This document shows, piece after piece, positions 28,476-38,210 of a DNA stretch of 64,000 nucleotides. This DNA comes from Pseudomonadota bacterium (lineage in GTDB: Bacteria; Bdellovibrionota_C; UBA2361; OMII01): positions 168,565 to 232,564 of the forward strand of contig JAYPVM010000002.1 in assembly GCA_038134595.1 (NCBI GenBank). The letters run 5' to 3'. The notes below the pieces were generated by a model. It ran no database searches and was not told where the DNA came from. It saw only the letters and a list, made by a program, of their open reading frames with translations. The position numbers and the translations under genes were made by a program. How positions within the stretch are numbered: position 1 is the stretch's first letter; every line of letters starts with the position of its first letter.

Positions 28476-29027
28476 ATCTTCGGAATAATCTTCGTTGTAT
28501 ATAAGAATGCGATAGATGAGAATCTATCGCCATTGTCATTACTCGAGCTTTGATCCGCAAAGGGCGTACTAGCTTGCGTAAATATGGCGGTTGGGTCTGA
28601 TTACGCTTGGCGTTGTAGTGACGAGTTTGAACAAAACAGTTTTGCGTCAGCATGAGTGCTCTATGCCAGTAAAATCCTAAAAAAATGCGAGTTCGCTTAG
28701 AAAAGTTGCCCGGCTTTCATCGGGAAGTCGGGCCCTGCGTTGTCGGCTTTGGTTTTTGCCGTGATTCCTTCACATGATCGGGGGCATCATAAGTAGTATT
28801 AGCCATGCTGTAAGTCGAAATTAGCATTGGTTTTAGGAAAAACCACCAGGGGGTTTAGACGTTGTAGTGAAAAAGACCATTGTGATTACTCGATACGACA
28901 ATGCCAGAGTTATTGATTGTTTGCGAGTATTGGGGGCGTTTTAAAGGGCTTTGCCAGGTACGGATTAGCTCTTTTTTCTAAAGGCAGTTTGGCTTACGGT
29001 CGACAGTACTCATGGAGGTGTACGGAT

Positions 29028-29432
29028 ATGACATCAAAAACGATATGTACCCCAGATATCCTCATCCCACTTGCGCTCGATTTGGAGGAAGCTGGGCTTC
29101 TATGGAATCCAGAGATCGGTGATGAGGTAGCCGATCGAGATTTTCAGCATCCTGTCGCAATTCTCGTTGATCCGCAGGGTATGACTCCCGAGGACTTGCG
29201 AGCCTCGTTTCTTTGGTTGCCTACGGTGGAGCAGCTTCTCATGCAGTTTGAAGCCAGACAGGCGGTTTTATTTCATGCCGGGTTAGAATGTTCTGATAGT
29301 AATTTTTGTTATAAGACAGTCATTCAGTCGAGCTGTGGTCATATCGAGTGTAAAGGCGAGTCCTTCAGGGCCTCGCTAGCTCTTGCTCTTAAGGGCCTCT
29401 TGATAGCTGATGGAGTAACGGTGATCAATTAA
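29028..29432 (+). CDS. Conserved hypothetical protein (LAxxLxxAGLxWxPxxGD...WLPTxEQL pattern)
   Basis: Strong GGAGGT RBS before ATG 29028; pattern resembles an uncharacterised bacterial family (recalled, not searched). Confidence 0.7.
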   Translation: MTSKTICTPDILIPLALDLEEAGLLWNPEIGDEVADRDFQHPVAILVDPQGMTPEDLRASFLWLPTVEQLLMQFEARQAVLFHAGLECSDSNFCYKTVIQSSCGHIECKGESFRASLALALKGLLIADGVTVIN

Positions 29433-29772
29433 TCTAGTCCCTTTTTCTGAGCACTAGACCGGAAGGCGTTTTTCAAGATAATTCCCGCAACAAGAGTCTC
29501 TTTTCGGTCTAATTCGAGTCGATTGTACCGTGAAACCGCTGATTGTTACCGCAAACGACTGAATTTACGTGTCAAAAAATTGAAAAACTCCTGAGACTCT
29601 TTGGCATTGTCAAGAATCTAACATTAAAGCGCCTTGAGGGATCTGTATTGCCAACTTACTGACGGTAAGGCTGACGACTCCGATTGCTCCTAAATAATAG
29701 CAGATAAACTCAAGAGCGGTAGTTTGTAAGGCTGGGCAACGTAGAAAGTGTGAACGAGCAGGGAAGATTCCT

Positions 29773-30861
29773 ATGACACAAAATATATCGGTTGAAGAAA
29801 ACGTATCGTTTAGAATTAACTCGTTACATACGAGTGCCTCTATGGACGTGTCTATGCCCGAAAGGAAGGCTTTTGCCGGTATGTTAAGCGGCAATCCTGA
29901 GATGCACAAGGTTTTTGGGCTCGTTGAGAAGGTGGCCCAAACACGTTCTACAGTCCTTATCCTAGGAGAGAGTGGCACCGGGAAGGAGCTCATTGCTCGC
30001 TCGATTCATTCGTTAAGCGGGCGCAACGGTCGTCTCGTACCTGTTAATTGCGGTGCGATACCTGAAGATATTTTGGAGAGCGAGTTATTTGGTCACGAAA
30101 AGGGAGCTTTTACCGGTGCTGTCGCATCGAGAATTGGTCGATTCCAGCTTGCAGATGGTGGAACTATTTTCCTTGACGAGATTGGAGAGATGAGTCCAAA
30201 GCTTCAGGTGAAGCTCTTAAGAGTGCTTCAGGAACGAAAGGTAGACCCGGTCGGCTCTTCACGCTCTGTTGATGTAGATGTGCGGGTAATTGCGGCGACA
30301 AATAAAGATCTGTTTCAAGAGGTAAAGGCAGGTCGATTTAGAGAGGACCTTTTTTATCGCCTGCAAGTTGTCCCCGTAGATCTTCCTGCGTTACGAGACC
30401 GGGGTGATGATATACGCTTACTAGCGAATCATTTCCTCACCCGAAATACCAAACAATTAGAGCGCGAGGAAATTTCCTTATCACCAGAAGCTATGCACGT
30501 TCTTCTGAGGTACAATTGGCCAGGTAACATAAGGGAGCTCGAAAATTTAATGGAGAGGTTGGTACTATTGGCTGATGGCGAGATTATCGAGGCTGGTGAG
30601 CTTCCAGAGTACCTCCAAGACAACACACGAGTGTCTCAATTAAGGGAGCAGGTCTTTGAGGTACCAGAGTGGGGCGTGGATTTCAATGCGTTAGTTCAAG
30701 ATTACGAGAATCAGCTCATCACATCTGCGCTCACTCGGACAAGCGGCAACAAAAAAGCAGCAGCTAAATTACTCGGATTAAATCGCACAACGCTCGTAGA
30801 AAAAATTAAGAAGAAGGGACTAGAGTCGCAGATAGAAGTGATTAAGATCGAGGAGGCGTAA
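29773..30861 (+). CDS. Sigma54-dependent enhancer-binding protein without receiver domain (FleQ/FlrA-like)
   Basis: [39 protein letters not shown]-terminal Fis HTH ([23 protein letters not shown]); only ~35 aa precede the AAA+ domain. Confidence 0.9.
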   Translation: MTQNISVEENVSFRINSLHTSASMDVSMPERKAFAGMLSGNPEMHKVFGLVEKVAQTRSTVLILGESGTGKELIARSIHSLSGRNGRLVPVNCGAIPEDILESELFGHEKGAFTGAVASRIGRFQLADGGTIFLDEIGEMSPKLQVKLLRVLQERKVDPVGSSRSVDVDVRVIAATNKDLFQEVKAGRFREDLFYRLQVVPVDLPALRDRGDDIRLLANHFLTRNTKQLEREEISLSPEAMHVLLRYNWPGNIRELENLMERLVLLADGEIIEAGELPEYLQDNTRVSQLREQVFEVPEWGVDFNALVQDYENQLITSALTRTSGNKKAAAKLLGLNRTTLVEKIKKKGLESQIEVIKIEEA

Positions 30862-30863
30862 TA

Positions 30864-31799
30864 GTGCAGCTTCTAATTCCAAGAAACACTCAATCCGGGC
30901 TTTGTGAACGAGGTTTTGGTAGTCTTTTGGCTGGCCTATTCTCTTTAATCGCCTTTGTACCCACCGTTGTGCATGCTGAACATCAGATAGACGTTCAACG
31001 CAAGTCCGCTGAGGGCGATCATTTTAAGGCGTTATCTGTTTACGAACTACTGCCGAGCCGGGGTATGAGTTATGCGACCAGGATAGCCGCAGGAGAGAGT
31101 GCATGGGCCTTAGGCGATGTTAGGCGAGCGACAGCGATATTCGACAGCGTTCTTCGAGAAGACCACGTATCACCTGAGGAGCGCGCCAAGATATTATTTT
31201 CTCGTGGGGTTATTGAATTTCAGGAGCAGCGATATCAGGAAAGCACTCTGTTCGCGGAGAAGGCTGTAAACAGTCTAGTGAAAGGCACCCCTCTTCGCGT
31301 TAGAGCTGAACTTCTTTGGGGACAGGCGCTCATTCGCGCAAAACGATTTGTGACAGCAGAAGAGATCTTGGTGAAAGCTCTTAAGGCTTCGGGAGCGAAT
31401 GACCGGCCTGAGATAGCACTCTCGCTTGCAGAGGTTTATCTTCAGCTCGGTAAGCTGGAGCATGCGACTAAGATTCTCAAAGTTATCCCAGCCGATCATG
31501 AATATGCCGGAAGGGCAGTGCGATTTCTGTCTCAGATTTCCGTTCAAATGGACCAGGGAGCGCGAGCTCGATTTTGGATTGAGAGGGGCCGTGAGGGCTA
31601 CAGAGAGGCGTTTCTGGATAGCTGGGCTGATTTCAGTCTTGCCGCTATAGCATTGAAACAGGGGGATCTAGAGTTAGCGCGGCACATTGTCGAGGGGGCA
31701 CGAAATCGATACCCGCCCTCGGACAGGTGGTTGATTTTGATTGACGCTCGTCTAGAACAGGCAGAATGGAGTAATCGAGAAAGAGGAATACGACGATGA
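30864..31799 (+). CDS. TPR-repeat protein with probable signal peptide
   Basis: Hydrophobic leader ending TVVHA|EH; TPR-like helical repeats. Confidence 0.8.
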   Translation: MQLLIPRNTQSGLCERGFGSLLAGLFSLIAFVPTVVHAEHQIDVQRKSAEGDHFKALSVYELLPSRGMSYATRIAAGESAWALGDVRRATAIFDSVLREDHVSPEERAKILFSRGVIEFQEQRYQESTLFAEKAVNSLVKGTPLRVRAELLWGQALIRAKRFVTAEEILVKALKASGANDRPEIALSLAEVYLQLGKLEHATKILKVIPADHEYAGRAVRFLSQISVQMDQGARARFWIERGREGYREAFLDSWADFSLAAIALKQGDLELARHIVEGARNRYPPSDRWLILIDARLEQAEWSNRERGIRR

Positions 31800-32650
31800 T
31801 GAAGAATCCTGATGTGGCTTCCAGTGATAGCGAATCCTTAAACACTCCGACATCCTTAATAGAGGTGATAGAGCGGTTTAACCAGAGCTCCGACAAGCTC
31901 GAGGGGTATCACCTAGAACTTCAGAGAGAGATAGATAATTTGCGCGAAGAGCTCCAGCGAAAAGAAGTGGAGATTAAGCAGAAAGCGCGGTTGGCGATGT
32001 TGGGTGAGACAGCAGCTGGTCTGGCGCATGAGATTAGAAATCCACTGGGCGCCATCACTCTTTTTGTGTCTATGTTAAAAGACGATTTATCGGGGCAAGA
32101 CGAGTCGCTCGCCTTGCTATCTGAAGTTGAAAAAGGCATCAAGAGTCTTGATGCGGTTGTGTCGAACGTACTCCATTTTTCGCAGGACCAGGTCACATGC
32201 AGTAAGCCTTGTAATTCACATTCGATAATACAAGAGTTGGTACAACATTTTGCAAGTTTATATTCTCCTCAGTCTAGATTCGAAGCTGTGGTACATGGAA
32301 ACCCGTATTTCATGGGCGATGAGCAGGGGATTCGACAGGCATTGTATAATTTGATTATCAATGCACTTCAGGCCGTGTCGTTTGCTGGCAATATCACCAT
32401 ATCAGCTGATTCGGCAGACAATGCGATTATAATACGTGTTCAGGATGATGGACCGGGAATCCCAGAGGAGATTCGGGCGGGTATCTTTGATCCCTTTACA
32501 TCGGGCCGCCCAGGAGGAACTGGCTTGGGACTCTCGATTGTAAGAAGAATAATCCAGGCGCATCGAGGAACAATTATCCTTGAGTCTGGCAGTCAGACCA
32601 CGTTCAGTATTCAATTACCGCAGCATAATAAAACACAGGAGGGGATGTAG
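31796..32650 (+). CDS. Cytoplasmic histidine kinase (FleS-like), coiled-coil N-terminus, no sensor domain
   Basis: LAHEIRNPL, NLIINALQA, DDGPGI, FDPFTS, GGTGLGL. Confidence 0.92.
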   Translation: MMKNPDVASSDSESLNTPTSLIEVIERFNQSSDKLEGYHLELQREIDNLREELQRKEVEIKQKARLAMLGETAAGLAHEIRNPLGAITLFVSMLKDDLSGQDESLALLSEVEKGIKSLDAVVSNVLHFSQDQVTCSKPCNSHSIIQELVQHFASLYSPQSRFEAVVHGNPYFMGDEQGIRQALYNLIINALQAVSFAGNITISADSADNAIIIRVQDDGPGIPEEIRAGIFDPFTSGRPGGTGLGLSIVRRIIQAHRGTIILESGSQTTFSIQLPQHNKTQEGM

Positions 32651-32651
32651 A

Positions 32652-34100
32652 ATGTCTGCTGATAAAGCAAAAGTGCCAATGGCAAAGGCAAATAGCGTCC
32701 GGATTCTGGTTGTGGATGATGACCCACACATGCAAGAAGGTATCAGGGTGTCACTTTCAAGGGGTAACTATGAGATTACTGTAGCTTCCGATGGCTTAAA
32801 GGCCATGGAACGGCTCGAAAAGGAAGAATACGATCTGGTTATCACAGATCAACAGATGCCGAATATGTCTGGTATTGAGCTTCTCTCAACTCTGCAACAA
32901 CGAGAACTGAATGTGCCGGTCATCATGATAACCGCATATGGGACGATAACGCAGGCGGTAGAAGCGATGCAGCTTGGAGCAGCTGACTTTATAACAAAGC
33001 CATTTTCGTCACCAGATTTAATGCAGGTCGTAGAGAGAGTTCTGTCTCCGGATGTGCAAGCGTCTCGTTCCCAAGCGAGGAGGACGCAAACGGATCGACC
33101 AATCATCTCCAACGATCCTCTTATGATACGAGTTCTCGAGGTTGCCGAGGCTGTAGCTCGTAGCGAGGCTACTGTTTTAATACAGGGAGAGTCGGGGACC
33201 GGAAAAGAGCTTATGGCGCGGTTTATCCATTCGTGTAGTCTCCGTGCGCAACAGCCATTTGTTGCTGTTAATTGCGCAGCACTTCCTGAAAGCCTACTCG
33301 AAAGTGAGTTGTTTGGCCACGAGAAGGGCGCCTTCACTGGAGCGCAAGCGCGCAAGATAGGCAAGTTCGAGATGGCTCATGGCGGTACTATTTTGCTCGA
33401 TGAAATTAGCGAGATGGATCTTGCGCTACAGGCCAAACTCCTTCGGGTTCTGCAGGAGCGCGAGGTGGATAGAGTTGGTGGTCGAGACCCGATCCCAATT
33501 GATGTCAGGGTTCTTGCTACTACTAATCGAAATCTCGAAGAGACGGTTAGGGAAGGAAAGTTTCGGGCCGATCTATATTATCGTTTAAACGTTATTCCAG
33601 TAACATTGCCGCCTCTACGAGAGCGTAAGCGTGATATAAAGCTGTTGACTGAGCATTTTATGCTACAGTTTCTCGGTGATGGGGCCAGTCGCTTGCCGGA
33701 CGAGGTTCTAGAAGCTTTGTATGCACATCCTTGGCCAGGAAATATCCGAGAATTGCAAAATGCTGTGCAGCGAGCTGCGATTCTTGCGCAAGGTAATACC
33801 CCTCGCGAAACAGACTTCCTTCTGTCCATGGATCCAATCCAACAGCTTGAGGGTCTCCGCGGTTCTTTTGAAAACAGGGAACGAGAACGCTCTGTCACTA
33901 GAACCGGCAGTGCTGGAGAGACCACTCCAGTATCGGGCATTAAAATCCAGAGTGGGGTAACGGTAGAAGAGATGGAAAAAGCATTGATTCTCGAAACTCT
34001 ACGAACAACGGATGATAACCGAACAGAGGCTGCAAAGATGCTAGGTATAAGTGTTCGAACGCTACGAAATAAGCTTAACGAATACCGCACCCTAAGTTAA
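32652..34100 (+). CDS. Sigma54-dependent response regulator REC-AAA+-HTH (FleR/FlrC-like)
   Basis: [51 protein letters not shown]; start re-set to ATG 32652. Confidence 0.93.
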   Translation: MSADKAKVPMAKANSVRILVVDDDPHMQEGIRVSLSRGNYEITVASDGLKAMERLEKEEYDLVITDQQMPNMSGIELLSTLQQRELNVPVIMITAYGTITQAVEAMQLGAADFITKPFSSPDLMQVVERVLSPDVQASRSQARRTQTDRPIISNDPLMIRVLEVAEAVARSEATVLIQGESGTGKELMARFIHSCSLRAQQPFVAVNCAALPESLLESELFGHEKGAFTGAQARKIGKFEMAHGGTILLDEISEMDLALQAKLLRVLQEREVDRVGGRDPIPIDVRVLATTNRNLEETVREGKFRADLYYRLNVIPVTLPPLRERKRDIKLLTEHFMLQFLGDGASRLPDEVLEALYAHPWPGNIRELQNAVQRAAILAQGNTPRETDFLLSMDPIQQLEGLRGSFENRERERSVTRTGSAGETTPVSGIKIQSGVTVEEMEKALILETLRTTDDNRTEAAKMLGISVRTLRNKLNEYRTLS

Positions 34101-34118
34101 TTACCTAAAGGGTCACCA

Positions 34119-34152
34119 CGCAGTGCGCAAGAAGGTAATCGTGCGCACTGCG
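34119..34152. terminator. Hairpin between convergent genes, probable bidirectional terminator
   Basis: Perfect 11-bp inverted repeat CGCAGTGCGCA-N12-TGCGCACTGCG. Confidence 0.6.
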
Positions 34153-34181
34153 ATTTAATGCATCCGATGCTTAATTTTCTG

Positions 34182-35318
34182 CTATGCGTTCGCGGCTTCC
34201 TTTTTCCTCGACTTTTTCGGGGCTTCCTCAGCTGATGTTTCACCGTCGTCTGACCCAATAGTCGCTTTCTCTGGCTCCGGCAAAGCTTCCGCCCCTTGTA
34301 GGTTGTAAGAATCCATTATGAGCGTCCGAATTTGACTAGCAATTTCGGGATTTTCTTTCAAAAACACCTTGGCACCTTCTCTGCCTTGCCCCAATCTCTC
34401 TCCTTGAAAGCTAAACCAGGCGCCGGCCTTATCAACAATACCTTTGTTGGAGCCAAGATCTAGCATTTCTCCAGTAATGCTGATTCCTTCATTAAATATA
34501 ATATCAAACTCAGCTTCCCTGAATGGAGGGGCGACTTTGTTTTTGACCACCTTAACACGAACTCGATTTCCAGTGACATCTCCCTGGTCTTTGATTGAGC
34601 CTATACGCCGAACATCAAGTCGTACCGACGAGTAAAACTTGAGTGCATTTCCTCCGGTGGTTGTTTCTGGGCTACCGAACATGACACCGATCTTCATCCG
34701 AATCTGATTGATAAAGATTATAGTCGTCTTAGATTTGGCGGTAATGGCGGTAAGCTTTCGAAGCGCTTTACTCATCAATCTGGCGTGCAAGCCTGGTTGT
34801 TGATCCGCCATTTCCCCATCAATTTCTGCGCGGGGAACGAGGGCAGCAACCGAGTCGATAACAACTAGGTCAACCGAATTCGATGAAACAAGTGCCTCGC
34901 AGATCTCCAAAGCTTGTTCACCGCAGTCAGGCTGGCTGACTAATAACTTGCTCGTGTCTACGCCAAGACGCTTGGCGTAGTTGACGTCTAACGCATGCTC
35001 TGCATCGATAAATACGACTGTTCCTCCGGCTCGTTGGACTTCGGCGGTTGTGCTAAGGGCTAGCGTCGTTTTTCCGGATGATTCCGGTCCGTAGATTTCG
35101 CAAATTCTTCCGCGGGGGATTCCTCCTATTCCGAGTGCGATGTCTAATGTGAGACTACCTGTCGAATGGCACTCAATCGATTCATCTGTTGATCCAGCAA
35201 GGTTCATTATTGCGCCCTTGCCGTATTTTTTTTCCAGAAGAGAGATAGCGCCGCTAAGAGCTTTGTCTTTCTCTTCCGATGAATCGTCGTTACTTCCAGT
35301 TCGCTGATATAGTGCCAT
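34182..35318 (-). CDS. recA: Recombinase A
   Basis: [54 protein letters not shown]. Confidence 0.99.
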   Translation of the reverse strand: MALYQRTGSNDDSSEEKDKALSGAISLLEKKYGKGAIMNLAGSTDESIECHSTGSLTLDIALGIGGIPRGRICEIYGPESSGKTTLALSTTAEVQRAGGTVVFIDAEHALDVNYAKRLGVDTSKLLVSQPDCGEQALEICEALVSSNSVDLVVIDSVAALVPRAEIDGEMADQQPGLHARLMSKALRKLTAITAKSKTTIIFINQIRMKIGVMFGSPETTTGGNALKFYSSVRLDVRRIGSIKDQGDVTGNRVRVKVVKNKVAPPFREAEFDIIFNEGISITGEMLDLGSNKGIVDKAGAWFSFQGERLGQGREGAKVFLKENPEIASQIRTLIMDSYNLQGAEALPEPEKATIGSDDGETSAEEAPKKSRKKEAANA

Positions 35319-35424
35319 TTTATTTCTCCTAAGGTTTTAAAAAATGTTTATTACGACCACATCCGAAGCATCGCTCTCGTCGTACTTTGAAGGATGTCAT
35401 CACACGATTACTTTGTTATACAAA

Positions 35425-36072
35425 TCAATGAAGTTCTCTCATAACACCGATAAGCCTACCTTGAATGCTTACTCGGTCCACCGTCATGGGTTGCATGGTT
35501 GGATTGGCTGGGATAAGCATAACCTGACCATTTTTTAATCGTCGATATCTTTTTAGAGTTGCTGTTCCGTCATCTAAAAGTGCAACAACTATCTGGCCGT
35601 CCTCGGCGTTTTCTTGTTTTTTAATGATGACAATATCACGGTCACAGATATGTTCGTCTATCATTGAATTTCCGCTGACCTCGAGACAATACACCTCGCC
35701 ACGGCCGTCAATCATCGCAGGCGGAATTTCGATAGTGGTTGCCTGTTCTATCGCCTCTATCGGACGGCCTGCGGCGATAACACCGACGAGTGGCACAGCA
35801 GTTGGCCCTAACTCGGGGGTAAGCCGATCGAGAATTTCTAGTAGCCCGTCGGTGCCTCTCTTTATAAAACCCTTGTTTTCTAATCTTTCTAGGTGGAAAT
35901 GGGCTGTCGACGGTGAGCGGACACCGATGTGGTCAGCGATTGCTTTAAGGGATGGGGCGTACCCCTTGTCGGCAAGAAAATTCCTTAAGAATTCAAGTGT
36001 TTGGCGTTGAACGGGAGCGAGAGTGCTTGATTGAAATGAATTTGGGTCTGTTTGGTCCTTCTTGCTTGCCAT
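35425..36072 (-). CDS. lexA: SOS repressor LexA
   Basis: Winged HTH (GYAPSLKAIA...SPSTAHFHLERLENKG), Ala-Gly cleavage site IAAGRPI, Ser (GNSM) and Lys (ATLKR) dyad; AGGAG RBS. Confidence 0.96.
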   Translation of the reverse strand: MASKKDQTDPNSFQSSTLAPVQRQTLEFLRNFLADKGYAPSLKAIADHIGVRSPSTAHFHLERLENKGFIKRGTDGLLEILDRLTPELGPTAVPLVGVIAAGRPIEAIEQATTIEIPPAMIDGRGEVYCLEVSGNSMIDEHICDRDIVIIKKQENAEDGQIVVALLDDGTATLKRYRRLKNGQVMLIPANPTMQPMTVDRVSIQGRLIGVMRELH

Positions 36073-36212
36073 GCGTTCTCCTATGAGGTTAGGCTTATTT
36101 GTTTACCATATGAAAAAAATATAGAAACCACAAGGACATTTTTTCTTTTATTGACCTTTAGAGAATTTTGAAACCGGTCGAGGTTATAAATGGGACATGA
36201 TTGGACTATTCG

Positions 36213-36647
36213 ATGACTATACTGTTTAACGCAAATAGCGCCCAAGGCGACACACGTCATGAAGTACGACTTTTAGTCGTCGATGACGTGTGCGACGAGA
36301 CCGAGGCGCTCATTGAGATGGCTGATTTATATCACCCCGATTTCGTTTTTTCATGTAGGCGCGTTTCTGATGCATCTGAGGCGCTCGATACAGTCGCTGA
36401 GTGGGACCCGAGCGTGGTTTTAGTTGATCTTCACGTAGTGACAGACGCTATATCACTCGTTGAGCGACTCGCCAATTTTGGTTCGGCTGTTGTGGCCTTA
36501 AGTGAGACTAAGATTCCAGAGCTGGAGGACAGAATTAAGAAGTGCGGTGGCCGTTCTTATCTCGCTAAGAGCACCAACGTAGAAGAGATAGAAGACATAT
36601 TACATTTGCTTGGCTCGATTGCGCGGGATAGGGGAACTCATCATTAA
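36213..36647 (+). CDS. Single-domain response regulator (REC)
   Basis: LLVVDD, VVLVDL, ALS, YLAK. Confidence 0.8.
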   Translation: MTILFNANSAQGDTRHEVRLLVVDDVCDETEALIEMADLYHPDFVFSCRRVSDASEALDTVAEWDPSVVLVDLHVVTDAISLVERLANFGSAVVALSETKIPELEDRIKKCGGRSYLAKSTNVEEIEDILHLLGSIARDRGTHH

Positions 36648-36845
36648 TAGCATCCAACCTATTTTGGAAACTGTTGGTTGAATCTGCGCTACGGCAAGAG
36701 TGATAGAATGAAAAAGTTCTTCGCATAAATCGATGATTGGTCTTTTTTCTGCTCGGTTAGAACATATTTATGCGAGGAGTTTTTCATCCGAGAGAAGACG
36801 GATAGGAGCGGTAATCGTGATTTTCAACGCGTAAGTGTTTTCTGA

Positions 36846-38210
36846 CTATGCTTCTGGTGAGTTGTTGTCTGCCTGTACTAGTCGTTTAAATGCAGATCCA
36901 CGTTCTACGAAGTCTCGAAACATAGGAAAGCTTGGTGCCGCTGGAGACAGAAGGCAAACATGATCCTCGGGTGTTTTGGCTTTTGCGATCTTGACGGCTT
37001 CCTCAAGGGACTCTACGGAAGTTAATGTTAAAAGTTCGGAGTTAAATTGGGGGGAAGCCTCAAAAGTATTTTTTAGTCTCTCGCCGCTGGGCGGGAGGAG
37101 TAAAACGAGACGAACCCTGCTGGCAATGATGTGATCAACGAGTGAATCGAAAGAAACACCCCGGTCGAATCCACCAAGAATAAGGGTGTGCACTCTGTTA
37201 GAATAGGTCTCTAACGCATTGAGCGTTGCTTCTGGTACGGTGGAAATAGAGTCGTTGATAAAAGTAATATCGCCCGCTGTTTCGACAGGCTCTAACCGAT
37301 GGGGAAGTGGTTCGAAGGATAGTAGTCCTTCGAGTAGTAATTTAGGTGGTATATCGAAGTGTTGTATCGCTGAGAGAGCCGCTAAAGCGTTGTGATGATT
37401 GCCTGGTCCTACGATGAGCAAGTCGTTAGTGCGGCAGAGGCTGTGAACCGTACCAGTCCTATCCCTGTATGTAATCACATCTCCGTTTAGCCAAGCTGTC
37501 GAGGTGTCGCGACCGAAAATGCGCCTAGATCCTCCAGTGTTTTTCACCTCTGGTAAGTCGGCTAAAGTAGATGGAATAACGAGATAGTCTGCCTTTTCCT
37601 GGAATCTGTGAATCTTGTGTTTTGCCTCAAAATACGTTTGGAGGTTTCCATGGTGATCGAGATGCTCTGGATAGAGATTAAGCAGTACGGCACCGTGTGG
37701 TGACGTGTCTGTAAGCTCGAGCTGATAGCTGGAGAGCTCGAAAACAAACGTAGACACATCATTAGCTACAGCTGAGAGTGCGGGTACTCCGATGTTGCCG
37801 ACAAGTTTGTTAGATATATGCCCAGTGTGCAGCAGGTGAGATATGAGGCTTGAGGTTGTAGATTTTCCTTTCGTGCCGGTGACGCCAATAGTTTTGTTTC
37901 GATGAAGAGAGAGGAAGATGTTCGTTGCTGTGGTAACTCTGTGGCGTATGCTGCGTGGAATACAGTGGAGTGGTATGCCAGGACTCTTGATGATAACATC
38001 ATACGTCTCTAAAGCTTGAAGGTAGTGTGACCCCAGAATGCATTTTGAGATCAGCTCTTTTTTGGCTGGAGAGATTTTGAGCGCTGGGTTTGCATCAAGC
38101 AATGAAACGTGACGGGCTCCTGCTTGAGCCAAAAAATCAAGTGTAGCAGAACCCTCAATTCCAAATCCCACGACGCCGATATTATCTGATTCAAGATTGA
38201 TATTATGCAT
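36846..38210 (-). CDS. murD2: UDP-MurNAc-L-Ala--glutamate ligase (MurD family; MurD2 L-Glu ligase by context)
   Basis: GFGIEG, KSPGIP, GVTGTKGKSTT, GNIG, ELSSYQL, PEHLDHH, LPHRLE, NDSISTVP, LLSPAAPSF; 8-bp overlap with the murL stop. Confidence 0.85.
   Translation of the reverse strand: MHNINLESDNIGVVGFGIEGSATLDFLAQAGARHVSLLDANPALKISPAKKELISKCILGSHYLQALETYDVIIKSPGIPLHCIPRSIRHRVTTATNIFLSLHRNKTIGVTGTKGKSTTSSLISHLLHTGHISNKLVGNIGVPALSAVANDVSTFVFELSSYQLELTDTSPHGAVLLNLYPEHLDHHGNLQTYFEAKHKIHRFQEKADYLVIPSTLADLPEVKNTGGSRRIFGRDTSTAWLNGDVITYRDRTGTVHSLCRTNDLLIVGPGNHHNALAALSAIQHFDIPPKLLLEGLLSFEPLPHRLEPVETAGDITFINDSISTVPEATLNALETYSNRVHTLILGGFDRGVSFDSLVDHIIASRVRLVLLLPPSGERLKNTFEASPQFNSELLTLTSVESLEEAVKIAKAKTPEDHVCLLSPAAPSFPMFRDFVERGSAFKRLVQADNNSPEA

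Noticed and set aside
28843..28860. CCACCA-GGGGG junction resembling a permuted tmRNA
   Set aside because: No T-arm (GTTCRA) before CCA and no compatible acceptor stem; it is part of a simple hairpin
29433..29772. Sigma54 promoter upstream of the activator cassette (TTGGCA at ~29601)
   Set aside because: No GC at the -12 position; no convincing GG-N10-GC site found by eye in the intergenic regions checked
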